Below are positions 1 to 9,337 of a stretch of 46,398 nt of DNA, one piece after another; within the stretch, counting starts at the first letter, position 1; the number at the start of each line of letters is the position of its first letter. Below the pieces are notes generated by a model that saw nothing but the letters and a program-made list of their open reading frames with translations, was not told the DNA's origin and did not search any database. Position numbers and translations under genes: made by a program. The stretch comes from an uncultured Gammaproteobacteria bacterium (GTDB lineage: Bacteria; Patescibacteriota; Patescibacteriia; UBA1558; 2-01-FULL-52-15): the NCBI GenBank assembly GCA_964360835.1, contig CAYHYG010000005.1, forward strand, positions 1-46,398, read 5' to 3'.

Positions 1-213
1 TATTACATTGGCAGGACTAGCGATTTGGAACAAAGATTGAGACACCATGCCAGTGGAGCCAACAGATCGACCAGAAATAAAGGACCGTGGTTATTGATAT
101 ATAAAGAACAGTTTGATACAAAGAGCGAAGCTTGGAAGCGCGAAAAACAAATTAAATCATATAAAGGTGGTGAAGCATTTAAGAAGTTAATAGAACGTGG
201 AAGGGTCGCATAG
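1..213 (+). CDS. GIY-YIG nuclease (YhbQ/Slx-like), 5'-partial
   Basis: Frame 1 reads YYIGRTSDLEQRLRHH...STRNKGPWLLIYKE...SEAWKREKQIKS, a typical small GIY-YIG; its TAG stop lies inside the tRNA-Ser gene. Confidence 0.9.
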   Translation, partial: YYIGRTSDLEQRLRHHASGANRSTRNKGPWLLIYKEQFDTKSEAWKREKQIKSYKGGEAFKKLIERGRVA

Positions 214-288
214 TGGCCTAGTGCGCTTGCTTGGAAAGCAAGTATACTGTAACAGGTATCGGGGGTTCGAATCCCCCCCCTTCCGCCA
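199..288 (+). tRNA. tRNA-Ser(GGA)
   Basis: Cloverleaf, anticodon arm CTTGC-TTGGAAA-GCAAG, long variable arm, GGTTCGAATCC, encoded CCA. Confidence 0.97.
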
Positions 289-461
289 GAGCACAATATG
301 AATGCTGCCGAAGGCAGCTATCCAGAAAGACGATGTCCCGAGCGTAGTCGAGGGACACAGCTCATGGTCTTCGACCAGAGGAGCTGAAGAAGCGAGAAAA
401 ATGCCCTGAGCTCAAGGCCGAAGGGGCGAAGCCACGTACGACGTGGCGAAGTCGAAGGACA
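289..461 (+). repeat. Modular palindromic repeat in tRNA trailer
   Basis: 289-321 identical to 10606-10638; contains TGTCCCGAGCGTAGTCGAGGGACA, CTCATGGTCTTCGACCA and GCCACGTACGACGTGGC modules shared with other tRNA trailers. Confidence 0.85.
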
Positions 462-563
462 TCCGAATTATATCATAACAGGGAACTTTAGCTTTGTTTT
501 TTTGTTATTTAAGTACAATAGAGACTAGTTGAGATACTGTCACAATGATATAATCTGTGCTAT

Positions 564-2390
564 ATGCATACTTCAGAAGACGAAATAAAGAAGGTATCCT
601 TACAATCCTCCCGACAAGTCATATCGAATATGCGACGTTTGGGTGGTATTATTTGGCAGGATCGACGATCAGTGGTGGTGGCTATAACTACGATCGCTGT
701 TTTAGTTTCATTTTTTACTTTCATCCAGGCAGGCGTACGAGGTTGGTTGATAAATGAGTTGATAGCTCTCAGCGGCTCGCGACTTATTACTCAGCAAATA
801 ATACTGGCCATGCTACTGACGATTATTGCCAGTATTGTGCCATCAGTCCTATATACGGCTTGGGGTTATTATGGCAAGATTTTTTATTATTTTTTGGAAG
901 AGAAGTTTGAGCTGTTAATCATACGCAAACGTGCTGATCTGGATATGGCTGTTCTCGAGGATCCAAAAAACAATGATTTGTTACAGAAAATTTCCGAAGG
1001 TGGTGTCTGGAGAATTCAGAATTTTGTCGACCGTCAATTTTACTTATTACAAAATATCATTGAGGTCATCATAGCTGCTGGAGTCTTGATCTTTGCCGAG
1101 TGGTGGATTTTCCTGATCATTTTCATTAGCACCTTACCTGAGCTGATCGTAGAACTCAAGTACAGTGACACAGTTTGGACTATACATACCAGCCGGGCAG
1201 AAGTACGTAGAAAGTTTTGGGAGTATCGTTATCATTTGCAGCGACTATCTGCTTTGACCGAGTTAAAATTATTTCAGAACGTTAATCATTTCATACGGAT
1301 GATTAGCGATTTATTTCGTGGCTTTCACAAGGAAGAATTTGCCAATGAGAAGCGCAAGGTCGTCCTTAGTTTTGGTTCTCTAGTTATATCTCAGATAGCG
1401 CAAGCTTTTGTCATTATTTGGTTTGTCTGGCAGGTTATCCAAGGAAACTTACTTATCGGTACGTTGACCTTTTTTCTGGCTTCTATCCAAAATTTACGTC
1501 AGGCTTTATCGGGGTTGCTACAAAATCTGGGGCGACAATATCAAGATAGTTTGTTCGTCACTGATCTTTTCAAATTTTTGGACCTGCAACCGAGATTAGA
1601 TAAGGCAAAGAAAAGTCACAGGTTGACTATCAATAAGGCTCCAGAAATCCGTTTTGATCAAGTGACCTTCCGGTATCCGGACACTGATACAGATGTGTTG
1701 AAAAAAATATCCCTGACAATCAACCCAGGGGAAAAATTAGCCATTATCGGAATCAATGGAGCGGGCAAATCCACTATGATTAAATTACTTTGTCGTTTTT
1801 ATGACCCGACTGAAGGTAGAATCTTGATCGATGGCGTTGATTTGAAGAAGATAGATTTAGAATCATGGTATACCAATCTGGGAGTTATCTTTCAGGAGTA
1901 TTCAAATTACAGTTTGACGGTCAAAGATTTAATAGCTTTGGGTCGTAGTTCCAAACCATTGAAAATATCCAGCGTCAAAGAAGCGGCTGTCTCTAGCGAA
2001 TCAAATACCTTCATCGAACAATGGAAGGATAAGTATGATCAATTTTTGGGCAAACAATTCACTGGAGGTATCGAGCCGTCAGTTGGTCAGTGGCAAAAAC
2101 TGGCGCTGTCTAGGATGTTCTATCGGGATCCTTTTGTCATTATTTTGGATGAACCCACCTCATCTATTGACGCCGAGGCAGAAGCCAAGATTTTTGAACG
2201 ACTAGAAGCCATGCCGGATGACCGCACTGTCATTCTGATTTCTCATCGCTTTTCCACTGTACGTCAAGCCAGCCGTATCGTGGTGCTAGAGGGAGGTGGC
2301 ATAGCAGAGCTTGGTACTCATGAGGAGCTTCTGGTCAAGAATGGTCTCTATGCGCGTTTATTTACTTTGCAGGCTAAAGGATACCGTTAG
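564..2390 (+). CDS. ABC exporter, fused permease/ATPase
   Basis: N-terminal TM helices; Walker A GINGAGKST, signature variant PSVGQWQK, Walker B IILDEPTS, H-loop ISHR. Confidence 0.93.
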   Translation: MHTSEDEIKKVSLQSSRQVISNMRRLGGIIWQDRRSVVVAITTIAVLVSFFTFIQAGVRGWLINELIALSGSRLITQQIILAMLLTIIASIVPSVLYTAWGYYGKIFYYFLEEKFELLIIRKRADLDMAVLEDPKNNDLLQKISEGGVWRIQNFVDRQFYLLQNIIEVIIAAGVLIFAEWWIFLIIFISTLPELIVELKYSDTVWTIHTSRAEVRRKFWEYRYHLQRLSALTELKLFQNVNHFIRMISDLFRGFHKEEFANEKRKVVLSFGSLVISQIAQAFVIIWFVWQVIQGNLLIGTLTFFLASIQNLRQALSGLLQNLGRQYQDSLFVTDLFKFLDLQPRLDKAKKSHRLTINKAPEIRFDQVTFRYPDTDTDVLKKISLTINPGEKLAIIGINGAGKSTMIKLLCRFYDPTEGRILIDGVDLKKIDLESWYTNLGVIFQEYSNYSLTVKDLIALGRSSKPLKISSVKEAAVSSESNTFIEQWKDKYDQFLGKQFTGGIEPSVGQWQKLALSRMFYRDPFVIILDEPTSSIDAEAEAKIFERLEAMPDDRTVILISHRFSTVRQASRIVVLEGGGIAELGTHEELLVKNGLYARLFTLQAKGYR

Positions 2391-2409
2391 GAAGTGCTAT
2401 AATATCTGT

Positions 2410-3246
2410 ATGAAAAAGTCTCTATTTTTTGCCATAGCAATATTCGCACTTTTAGTTTCTTTTCAGTTAGTTTTTGTGCAGACAAACGTATTAGCGCAAA
2501 CAGGTGATGTTAGCGACGTTGCTCCTAAATTGATTCAGTTTACGCCATCTGTCGCGGGACTGGATTTAACAGGCTGTAACTCGGTTTCAAACAGAAATAG
2601 TTTTCTTGGATGTTATATTTCTTCTCTTTATACTTTTCTGGTTCAAGCGGCTATCATTTTGGCGGTCTTAATGATCGTGGTGGGTGGCTTTCAATATTTA
2701 TTTGCTCTGGGTAATCAGGGGAAAATTGGTGAGGCCAAGGAAACAATTCAAGTCTCAATCATCGGACTAGTTTTGGCGTTGACTTCATACCTTCTATTTT
2801 CTTTGATTAATCCCAATATTGTCAATTTAAATCCTTTACCAATTACGGATGTGACATTACCAGCCACAGTTCAAACACCTGGCTTTCAACTAACGATGTG
2901 TAACGGAGCAACTTCAGAACCGAATTGCGTGGCTATGAAATATTGCGTCTGGGTAAATGAAAAATGTGAATCATCCCTATTGAGAGGAGCTGATGTGGTG
3001 ACAAATTATTGTGCGGCCGTAGCCGCCGATACCTATGACTCGACATCAGAATCTTCAGATTCCTATCGTTATATCTGTTGTTCTCATGTAGATAATATGG
3101 CGAATGACCTTTTAGCAGTGCCGAGGAGAATTACAGATGATGATTTGACTATATGCACCGAGAATCTAATAAACCCAAACCCCCAATTCCCGTATCAAGT
3201 GAAAAGTATACTTAACTGCATAACAAGTAGTAGTTGCTTGCCATGA
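2410..3246 (+). CDS. CPR-type pilin-like (TrbC/VirB2-like) membrane protein with Cys-rich C-terminus
   Basis: Signal-like N-terminus; AIILAVLMIVVGGFQY...GEAKETI...IIGLVLALTSYLLFSLINP pilin core; start follows TATAAT-6 nt. Confidence 0.75.
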   Translation: MKKSLFFAIAIFALLVSFQLVFVQTNVLAQTGDVSDVAPKLIQFTPSVAGLDLTGCNSVSNRNSFLGCYISSLYTFLVQAAIILAVLMIVVGGFQYLFALGNQGKIGEAKETIQVSIIGLVLALTSYLLFSLINPNIVNLNPLPITDVTLPATVQTPGFQLTMCNGATSEPNCVAMKYCVWVNEKCESSLLRGADVVTNYCAAVAADTYDSTSESSDSYRYICCSHVDNMANDLLAVPRRITDDDLTICTENLINPNPQFPYQVKSILNCITSSSCLP

Positions 3247-4637
3247 GTGGTTTAAACGTTGTTTATATATGTTCAAAATGCGACGCTCAGGCGCCTAAAT
3301 GGTCCGGGCGCTGTTTTGAATGTGGGAGTTGGGGGACGTTAGAAGCACAAAGCTCAAAAGTCTCCACCAGAGGCGGATCCGCCTCTGGTGGAAAAGGTCA
3401 AAGTGACAGGGTGAAAGTTAAAAATAAGGCGAAGTCAAATATTCCGACGGGAAGTGTGATGACGTTTGAGGATTTGCAAGGAACCAACATTGAGAGAATT
3501 AAGGTCGGTCAATCACCGGCTGTAGAAATTTTCCCTTCAGGTATTCCTCTGGGCAGCTTGACCTTATTGGCTGGTGAGCCGGGAGCTGGTAAATCAACTT
3601 TGGCGCTGCAGCTGGCTTTGCAGTTTTCTAGTCAGTATCAAGTAATTTATTTTTCTTCGGAGGAATCTCCACTGCAAGTCAAAGAAAAGGTTACTCGTCT
3701 AGGCGCGCCTTCTGGTAATTTTCTTTTTTCAGCTGAGCATAACACAGAGATTATTGCCGCTACTATTGCTCATCACCAGCCAAAGTTGGTAGTGATCGAT
3801 TCTATTCAGACGATCATGGTGCCAGAGGTTGAGGCTGAGCCGAGTAGTCTAGCCCAGCTGAAGGCAGCGACGGCCACACTGATGGAAATAGCCAAAGAGC
3901 AGAATGTAGCTGTCATTATCATTGGTCACGTGACCAAAGAAGGTGTAGTAGCCGGACCAAAAACCCTAGAGCATCTGGTAGATGTTGTTTTCTATCTAGA
4001 AGGCGAGCGTGATAGCCGCTTCCGAATCTTGCGCAGTAGCAAGAATCGTTATGGCCAGTCAGGCAAAGTTTCTGTTTTACAAATGAGTGACAAAGGTTTG
4101 CATATTGTGCGGCAGGCGGCTACGGCCTTCATTAGCAATTATCAACCGAAACCGGGCTCTGTCATCACCGCGGTTGTCGATAGCGGACAAGTTTTTTTCC
4201 TTGAAGTCCAGTCACTGGTGACGGCGAGCAATTATGGTTATCCACGCCGGGCGGCTTCTGGCTTTCCGCCTAAACGTCTGGAGGTCCTATTGGCCGTGAT
4301 GAAGAAACGTCTGGATCTGGATTTTGATCGTTTCGATGTCTATGTCAATCTAGTCGGCGGTTTCCGTAGTAGCGATCCGGCATTGGATCTGGCTGTTTGT
4401 CTATCTCTAATCTCCAGTATAAAAAATAAAGTTTTGAGTCCGGAAACGGTGATTTTCGGAGAAGTAGGTTTGACGGGAGAATTAAGACTGGTCAAAGAAA
4501 CTCAACTGCGTTTGGAAGAAAGCGGCAAGCACAGTTTCAAAAAGATTATTACTTCGCCGCTCAAGAATTCCACAAACAAAAGCATAGTCGGTTTATCTGA
4601 CTTAGCGGCGGTGATAGAGCATCTAGGGTGGCTTTAA
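3243..4637 (+). CDS. radA: DNA repair protein RadA/Sms
   Basis: CSKC...CFEC zinc finger, GEPGAGKST, KNRYG motif, Lon-like C-terminus GEVGLTGE. Confidence 0.97.
   Translation: MSGLNVVYICSKCDAQAPKWSGRCFECGSWGTLEAQSSKVSTRGGSASGGKGQSDRVKVKNKAKSNIPTGSVMTFEDLQGTNIERIKVGQSPAVEIFPSGIPLGSLTLLAGEPGAGKSTLALQLALQFSSQYQVIYFSSEESPLQVKEKVTRLGAPSGNFLFSAEHNTEIIAATIAHHQPKLVVIDSIQTIMVPEVEAEPSSLAQLKAATATLMEIAKEQNVAVIIIGHVTKEGVVAGPKTLEHLVDVVFYLEGERDSRFRILRSSKNRYGQSGKVSVLQMSDKGLHIVRQAATAFISNYQPKPGSVITAVVDSGQVFFLEVQSLVTASNYGYPRRAASGFPPKRLEVLLAVMKKRLDLDFDRFDVYVNLVGGFRSSDPALDLAVCLSLISSIKNKVLSPETVIFGEVGLTGELRLVKETQLRLEESGKHSFKKIITSPLKNSTNKSIVGLSDLAAVIEHLGWL
3363..3392. repeat. 30-bp perfect palindrome inserted in frame in radA
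   Basis: TCCACCAGAGGCGGA|TCCGCCTCTGGTGGA, encodes STRGGSASGG. Confidence 0.9.
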
Positions 4638-4648
4638 AATTCCAAAAG

Positions 4649-4730
4649 CTATATTCTCGAACAAAGTGAGGGATCTCAAAGGCTGCCCAGTTAGTGAGAT
4701 TTCTCCTCACTCCATTCGTCGAAAATATAG
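4649..4730. repeat. Degenerate REP-like palindromic element
   Basis: CTATATT..CGA..AGTGAGGGATCTC ... GAGATTTCTCCTCACT..TCG..AATATAG imperfect hairpin just after radA. Confidence 0.6.
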
Positions 4731-4838
4731 GTACGGATTTAATCTCATACCATTTGATCTTTGCAATTTAAGTTTTTACTTTCTATTACTCCCTGTTGAC
4801 AAAAATAATCGCTATGCTACGTTAAAGAGGTACTATCT

Positions 4839-4973
4839 ATGAATACACACATGTTCATGCATAAGCATCCTACTTGGCTCCAAGTAAACTTGACTGTTTT
4901 GCCATATTCTTGGGCCCATTTTGTTGTCTCTCGCAAGAGGATGAGTATGTCTGTCATCAATGAAAATACATAG
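4839..4973 (+). CDS. 44-aa small ORF, possible leader peptide (not in ORF track)
   Basis: TTGACA at 4796, AAGAGGT SD-like, MNTHMFMHKHPTWLQVNLTVLPYSWAHFVVSRKRMSMSVINENT, stops TAG TAG TAA, then a terminator. Confidence 0.45.
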   Translation: MNTHMFMHKHPTWLQVNLTVLPYSWAHFVVSRKRMSMSVINENT

Positions 4974-5001
4974 TAGTAAGTAAATTTTCTTGATTATCAA
5001 G

Positions 5002-5032
5002 ACCCTTCCTCAAATGCGAGGAGGGGTTTTTT
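5002..5032 (+). terminator. Intrinsic terminator
   Basis: ACCCTTCCTC-AAATGC-GAGGAGGGGT plus T-tract. Confidence 0.8.
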
Positions 5033-5137
5033 GTTCTTTGCCATAGTTAAGTAAAAACTGTGAAAACACGGCGCACGTCACTTCAACTGCTGGGATTTCG
5101 ATGACGGCTTGAGCTCGTTACATGAGAGGAGGTACAA

Positions 5138-5350
5138 GTGTCCGAAGAAGTGGATGAAGATATTCCGGATGGAGTCAGTCGCACAGGTGATGATTCGATT
5201 GACGGTACAGGCAGCGAAGATCTGCATCACTGTGCTCGCTGCCAGATGCCTGCCTGGGAGCAGGAATATGAGCGGCAAGCTCATCAGGCAAGAGCCGAAG
5301 GCAAGCCATTTCGCTGGATTTTGCCTGGACTTGGTAGTCATCTGATCTAA
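5138..5350 (+). CDS. Small hypothetical protein, acidic, HHCxxC
   Basis: GTG start after GAGGAGGT; ends just before the SD of the next ORF. Confidence 0.55.
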   Translation: MSEEVDEDIPDGVSRTGDDSIDGTGSEDLHHCARCQMPAWEQEYERQAHQARAEGKPFRWILPGLGSHLI

Positions 5351-5356
5351 GGAGGT

Positions 5357-5623
5357 GTGATGCTGTCCAGGGAAGAGTACGAAGCACTGACGCAACGTGT
5401 TGTGGCTACACGTCAACGGTGGCTTGATCATGTCACCGACCTGATGGCTCAGGGTAAACCACAGGAGGACATTTTGCGAGCCCTAGAAAGGGAACGGGAG
5501 CAGATGACGCTGGGAAGTGGTTCGGAGAACCTCCAAGGATACGCTCTAGCAGTGGCCAAACTCACTGGGGCACCCGAGCCACTACTTAAATTTCCTACCT
5601 CCTCGGGCCGCTGGATGTTGTAA
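5357..5623 (+). CDS. Small hypothetical helical protein
   Basis: Strong SD TAAGGAGGTG; followed by hairpin 5630-5670. Confidence 0.7.
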   Translation: MMLSREEYEALTQRVVATRQRWLDHVTDLMAQGKPQEDILRALEREREQMTLGSGSENLQGYALAVAKLTGAPEPLLKFPTSSGRWML

Positions 5624-5629
5624 GGGCAT

Positions 5630-5670
5630 GGCAGTTCCTCCGCTCTCATCACGAGAACGGAGGAACTGCC
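5630..5670. terminator. Strong hairpin, probable terminator
   Basis: 13-bp stem GGCAGTTCCTCCG/CGGAGGAACTGCC; no immediate T-tract. Confidence 0.65.
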
Positions 5671-5709
5671 TCGCTATAATTTTTTATCAATAGTTAATAT
5701 AATAATTTT

Positions 5710-7047
5710 ATGAGTCTCAGTGGCTTACTACAAACTTATCAGAAGATTCTAAGAGAGTTTATTTCATTCCCCAGTATTTCTACTGATAGTAATTTTGTTT
5801 CAGCCTTGAGACAGACAGCCGACTTTTTGCAAAGACTATTTCAGCAGCATGGGTTTGATTGTCAACGAATCGAAGGCTATGGCAATCCCATGATCGTGGC
5901 TCGATACATAGTTGACCCAAGCTTTAAGACTTGTTTGATATATGGCCACTATGATGTACAACCGGCAAACCAAGATGATGGTTGGGCTAGTGATCCTTTT
6001 GCAGTAGTAGAAAAGGATGGACGACTGATCGCTCGGGGTATTATTGATAATAAAGGTCAAGTTTTGGTTCATATGGCCACTATCTTTGATTTAATTTCGG
6101 CCGAAAGCTTAGGTTATAATGTTGTTCTCTTTTTGGAGGGGAATGAAGAAACAGGATCACCAGCCATGGAGCAATTTGTCCGCGATCATCGGCAATTATT
6201 ACAGGCAGATTTTGCTCTTATCTCCGATGGAGAAATTAGTGGTGGCCATCCGATTATTGAGGCTGGCTTTCGTGGAGGGTTTAATTCAACCCTAACGGTT
6301 AAGACAGGGCATACAGATTTACACTCGGGTATTTATGGCGGCGCTAGCCCTAATGCTGCCTTTGAGTTGAGTAAATTTTTGGCGCAACTATTTGATGATA
6401 ATAATCGTGTGACAATCGTCAATTTTTATGATCAAGTTGATGAGATTAGCGTCGAGTTACGAAAACAGAATAAGATGATCCCGTTTCAATTTGATGAGCA
6501 TCAGAAGACAACAGGCAATAAAGCTCTGGTAAATGAACCGGAACATGATTTCTATACGCAAGTTGGTTTGCGTCCCACGATTCAAATCACCAGCCTATCT
6601 TCGGGCTATATGGGTGAGGGATATCGGAACGGAATCCCTTATCAGGCCAGTGTCAAGATTAATTTTCGTTTAGTCAAAAATCAGCAACCAGACATTATCG
6701 TTCAGCAATTTCAAGAGCATGTTAGATTATTTTTCCCGCAACATGTCGAGATTGATCTAGTTATTAATGATCCTTATGAAGGAATTAAGCTCAATCTGGA
6801 TAATGACTATGTCGTCAAAGCTAAGAATGTTCTAGAACAAGTATTTGGCAAACAGGTGTTCTTCAAATATTCTGGCGGTGGCTTGCCGATTGTTACTTAC
6901 TTTGACCAGATCCTAAGCATTCCTCAAGTTTTAGTGCCACTGGCGAATGAAGATTGTAATATGCACGCCGTTAATGAAAATTTTGAACTAGAACAATTGG
7001 AGAAATCATTGGAGTTCAGCCGGATATTTTTTAGCTCTCAGTCGTAG
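5710..7047 (+). CDS. M20/M25/M40 family metallo-dipeptidase
   Basis: YGHYDVQP, ARGIIDNKG, EGNEETGS, DLHSGIYGG and C-terminal HAVNENF motifs. Confidence 0.93.
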   Translation: MSLSGLLQTYQKILREFISFPSISTDSNFVSALRQTADFLQRLFQQHGFDCQRIEGYGNPMIVARYIVDPSFKTCLIYGHYDVQPANQDDGWASDPFAVVEKDGRLIARGIIDNKGQVLVHMATIFDLISAESLGYNVVLFLEGNEETGSPAMEQFVRDHRQLLQADFALISDGEISGGHPIIEAGFRGGFNSTLTVKTGHTDLHSGIYGGASPNAAFELSKFLAQLFDDNNRVTIVNFYDQVDEISVELRKQNKMIPFQFDEHQKTTGNKALVNEPEHDFYTQVGLRPTIQITSLSSGYMGEGYRNGIPYQASVKINFRLVKNQQPDIIVQQFQEHVRLFFPQHVEIDLVINDPYEGIKLNLDNDYVVKAKNVLEQVFGKQVFFKYSGGGLPIVTYFDQILSIPQVLVPLANEDCNMHAVNENFELEQLEKSLEFSRIFFSSQS

Positions 7048-7054
7048 ATTTTGA

Positions 7055-9121
7055 CTATTCCAAATGTATTGTAGTAGGTAATTTCTTTATCCGGGTTTGC
7101 AACTCATCATTCTCGAGATATTGTTGTTCACTTATCAATTTATTAGCCCAGTCTTGGGCTTTTTTTATTAGCTCAGTATCAGTTATCTGCGCTGCCTTGA
7201 GTTCTATCAAGCCCGATTGCTTGGTGCCAAAGACGTCCCCAGCACCGCGCAGTTCCAGATCTACTTCAGCCAGTTTGAAGCCGTCATTGGTTTCGGTCAG
7301 AGCCTTGAGACGAGTGAGGTTTAACTGATCATCACTAGTGGCAAAGAGGAAACAAAAGGCTTGCTTATCATTGCGTCCGATGCGTCCGCGGAATTGATGT
7401 AACTGTGCCAAACCAAATCGTTCCGCGCCTTCGATGATCATCATAGTGGCTCCCGGGATATCAATACCGACTTCTATGACAGAGCTAGCAACCAAGATAG
7501 GGAAGAGGCCGGCGCGGAAATCGTCAATGACAGCTTTCTTTTCCTCTAACTTCATCTTGCCGTGCAAGAAACGAATATCTAGCCCAGGATATATTTCTTC
7601 AGATAGGAGACGATATTCGGTCAGTACGGATTTGATATTCATTTGTTCGTTATCTTGGACTTGCGGGCAGACAACAAATAGTTGTTCGCCCAGTCTCAAT
7701 CTACCCAGGATCCAGTCATAAGCTTTAGCCCGATTCGTTTCAGCTACTACCTTGGTAATTATTTCTTTGCGCTGACCCGGTTTTTCTTTGATAATAGAAA
7801 TAGACAAATCGCCATAAAGAGTGAGCTGTAAGGTGCGGGGAATAGGCGTGGCAGTCAGTGATAAAAGGTGCGGTACCTGGCCATCGGCATTTTGCTCGCG
7901 CAGCTTCTGACGTTGCTGGACGCCAAAGCGGTGCTGTTCATCGATTACAGCTAATCCTAATTGTTGCCATTTGACGGCTTCATGGATCAGACTATGCGTG
8001 CCGACTACAATTTTGATATTACCGCTAGCAATATGTTTCAGCAGAGTAGGGCGTGTGACGTCTCCGCTACTACCACCCTCGGCTAGCATCTTTTGTTTGC
8101 CAGTCAGCAAAGCCAGAGAAATTTCTGGAAACCACTGTTGCAGGGTACGGAAATGTTGCTGAGCTAGTATTTCTGTGGCGGCCATAAAAGCTACTTGATA
8201 GCCGGAAGACTGACAGATATAAGTGGCCAGAGCGGCCACTACTGTTTTACCTGAACCCACATCTCCCTGGAGCAAACGATTCATAGCCAGTGGTTGCTCC
8301 AGATCATGGACAATTTCCGCCAAGGCTTTTTGTTGGTCATTGGTCAGGCCAAAAGGAAGATCAGCCATGACAGTTTGCAATTGATCCGGTGGTATGACCA
8401 GAGAAGGAGCGCTAGATTGTTGGTAGTCACGCTTGGCTATCATCACCCGTAACTGTAGCCAGAGGAGTTCCTCAAATTTGAGACGTTTCTCCGCTCGGTG
8501 TAATTCATCCCAGGATGAGGGGAAATGGATCTGCTGTAAGGCAGATTGAATGTCCAATAATTTTTCGGACGCGATGATTTCGTTCGGCAACGATTCGCTG
8601 AGTTCACCGCTGGCCTCCAGAGCTTCTTTCATCAAGAAACGTAATTGCTTATGACTCAGTCCTTCGGTCAGATGATACAGCGGTGTCAGACGCGCGGTAT
8701 GTAATTGTTCCTCCCGAACTTTTTCATAAACCGGGTTGATCATCTTCCAATTATGCAGGTCTTTCTTGACCTGACCCGAGAGATAGATTTCATCGCCGGT
8801 TTTCAATGCCTTAGCAACAAAAGCTTGTCGGAACCATACCGCCTGCAGTTGGCCGCTGTCATCCTCCAGCAGAATTTCTGTCACCATCATTTTTCGTTTC
8901 CAGGAACGGCGTGATTTGAGCAACATTACCGTGCCTCTGATGGTGGCTTTTTCTTCTTCTTGCAAATCAGAAATTTTTTTGATTTCTGACAGATCGTCGT
9001 AGCGGCTTGGTAGATACCATAGAAGATCACGGACTGTTTGTACGCCAAGTTTTTTCAACTTTGGATTAAGCCGTTTGCCGAGATAGGGGAGTTCTTTGAC
9101 CGGAGTTTCAAGGGTTATCAT
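7055..9121 (-). CDS. recG: ATP-dependent DNA helicase RecG
   Basis: MNRLLQGDVGSGKT, DEQHRFG, TATPIPRT, QLHQFRGRIGR; start MITLETP chosen because the longer ORF runs into the tRNA. Confidence 0.97.
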   Translation of the reverse strand: MITLETPVKELPYLGKRLNPKLKKLGVQTVRDLLWYLPSRYDDLSEIKKISDLQEEEKATIRGTVMLLKSRRSWKRKMMVTEILLEDDSGQLQAVWFRQAFVAKALKTGDEIYLSGQVKKDLHNWKMINPVYEKVREEQLHTARLTPLYHLTEGLSHKQLRFLMKEALEASGELSESLPNEIIASEKLLDIQSALQQIHFPSSWDELHRAEKRLKFEELLWLQLRVMIAKRDYQQSSAPSLVIPPDQLQTVMADLPFGLTNDQQKALAEIVHDLEQPLAMNRLLQGDVGSGKTVVAALATYICQSSGYQVAFMAATEILAQQHFRTLQQWFPEISLALLTGKQKMLAEGGSSGDVTRPTLLKHIASGNIKIVVGTHSLIHEAVKWQQLGLAVIDEQHRFGVQQRQKLREQNADGQVPHLLSLTATPIPRTLQLTLYGDLSISIIKEKPGQRKEIITKVVAETNRAKAYDWILGRLRLGEQLFVVCPQVQDNEQMNIKSVLTEYRLLSEEIYPGLDIRFLHGKMKLEEKKAVIDDFRAGLFPILVASSVIEVGIDIPGATMMIIEGAERFGLAQLHQFRGRIGRNDKQAFCFLFATSDDQLNLTRLKALTETNDGFKLAEVDLELRGAGDVFGTKQSGLIELKAAQITDTELIKKAQDWANKLISEQQYLENDELQTRIKKLPTTIHLE

Positions 9122-9184
9122 GGGCGAATTGTAGCATATTCTGCGATTATTTTGAGTAACAAAAAACACCCCTGTGGTGTTTCG

Positions 9185-9261
9185 TGGTGTGCCCGAGAGG
9201 ATTTGAACCTCTGACCTCCAGCTCCGCAAGCTGATGCTCTATCCAGCTGAGCTACGGGCAC
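9185..9261 (-). tRNA. tRNA-Arg(GCG)
   Basis: Minus strand GTGCCCG...TCAGC-TTGCGGA-GCTGG...CGGGCACACCA. Confidence 0.95.
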
Positions 9262-9337
9262 CCGACTTCGCTTTGATTTAAAGCAAAAAAATTCCTAACT
9301 AGGAATTTATACTATTAATCAAGAGACTAGTCAATGG

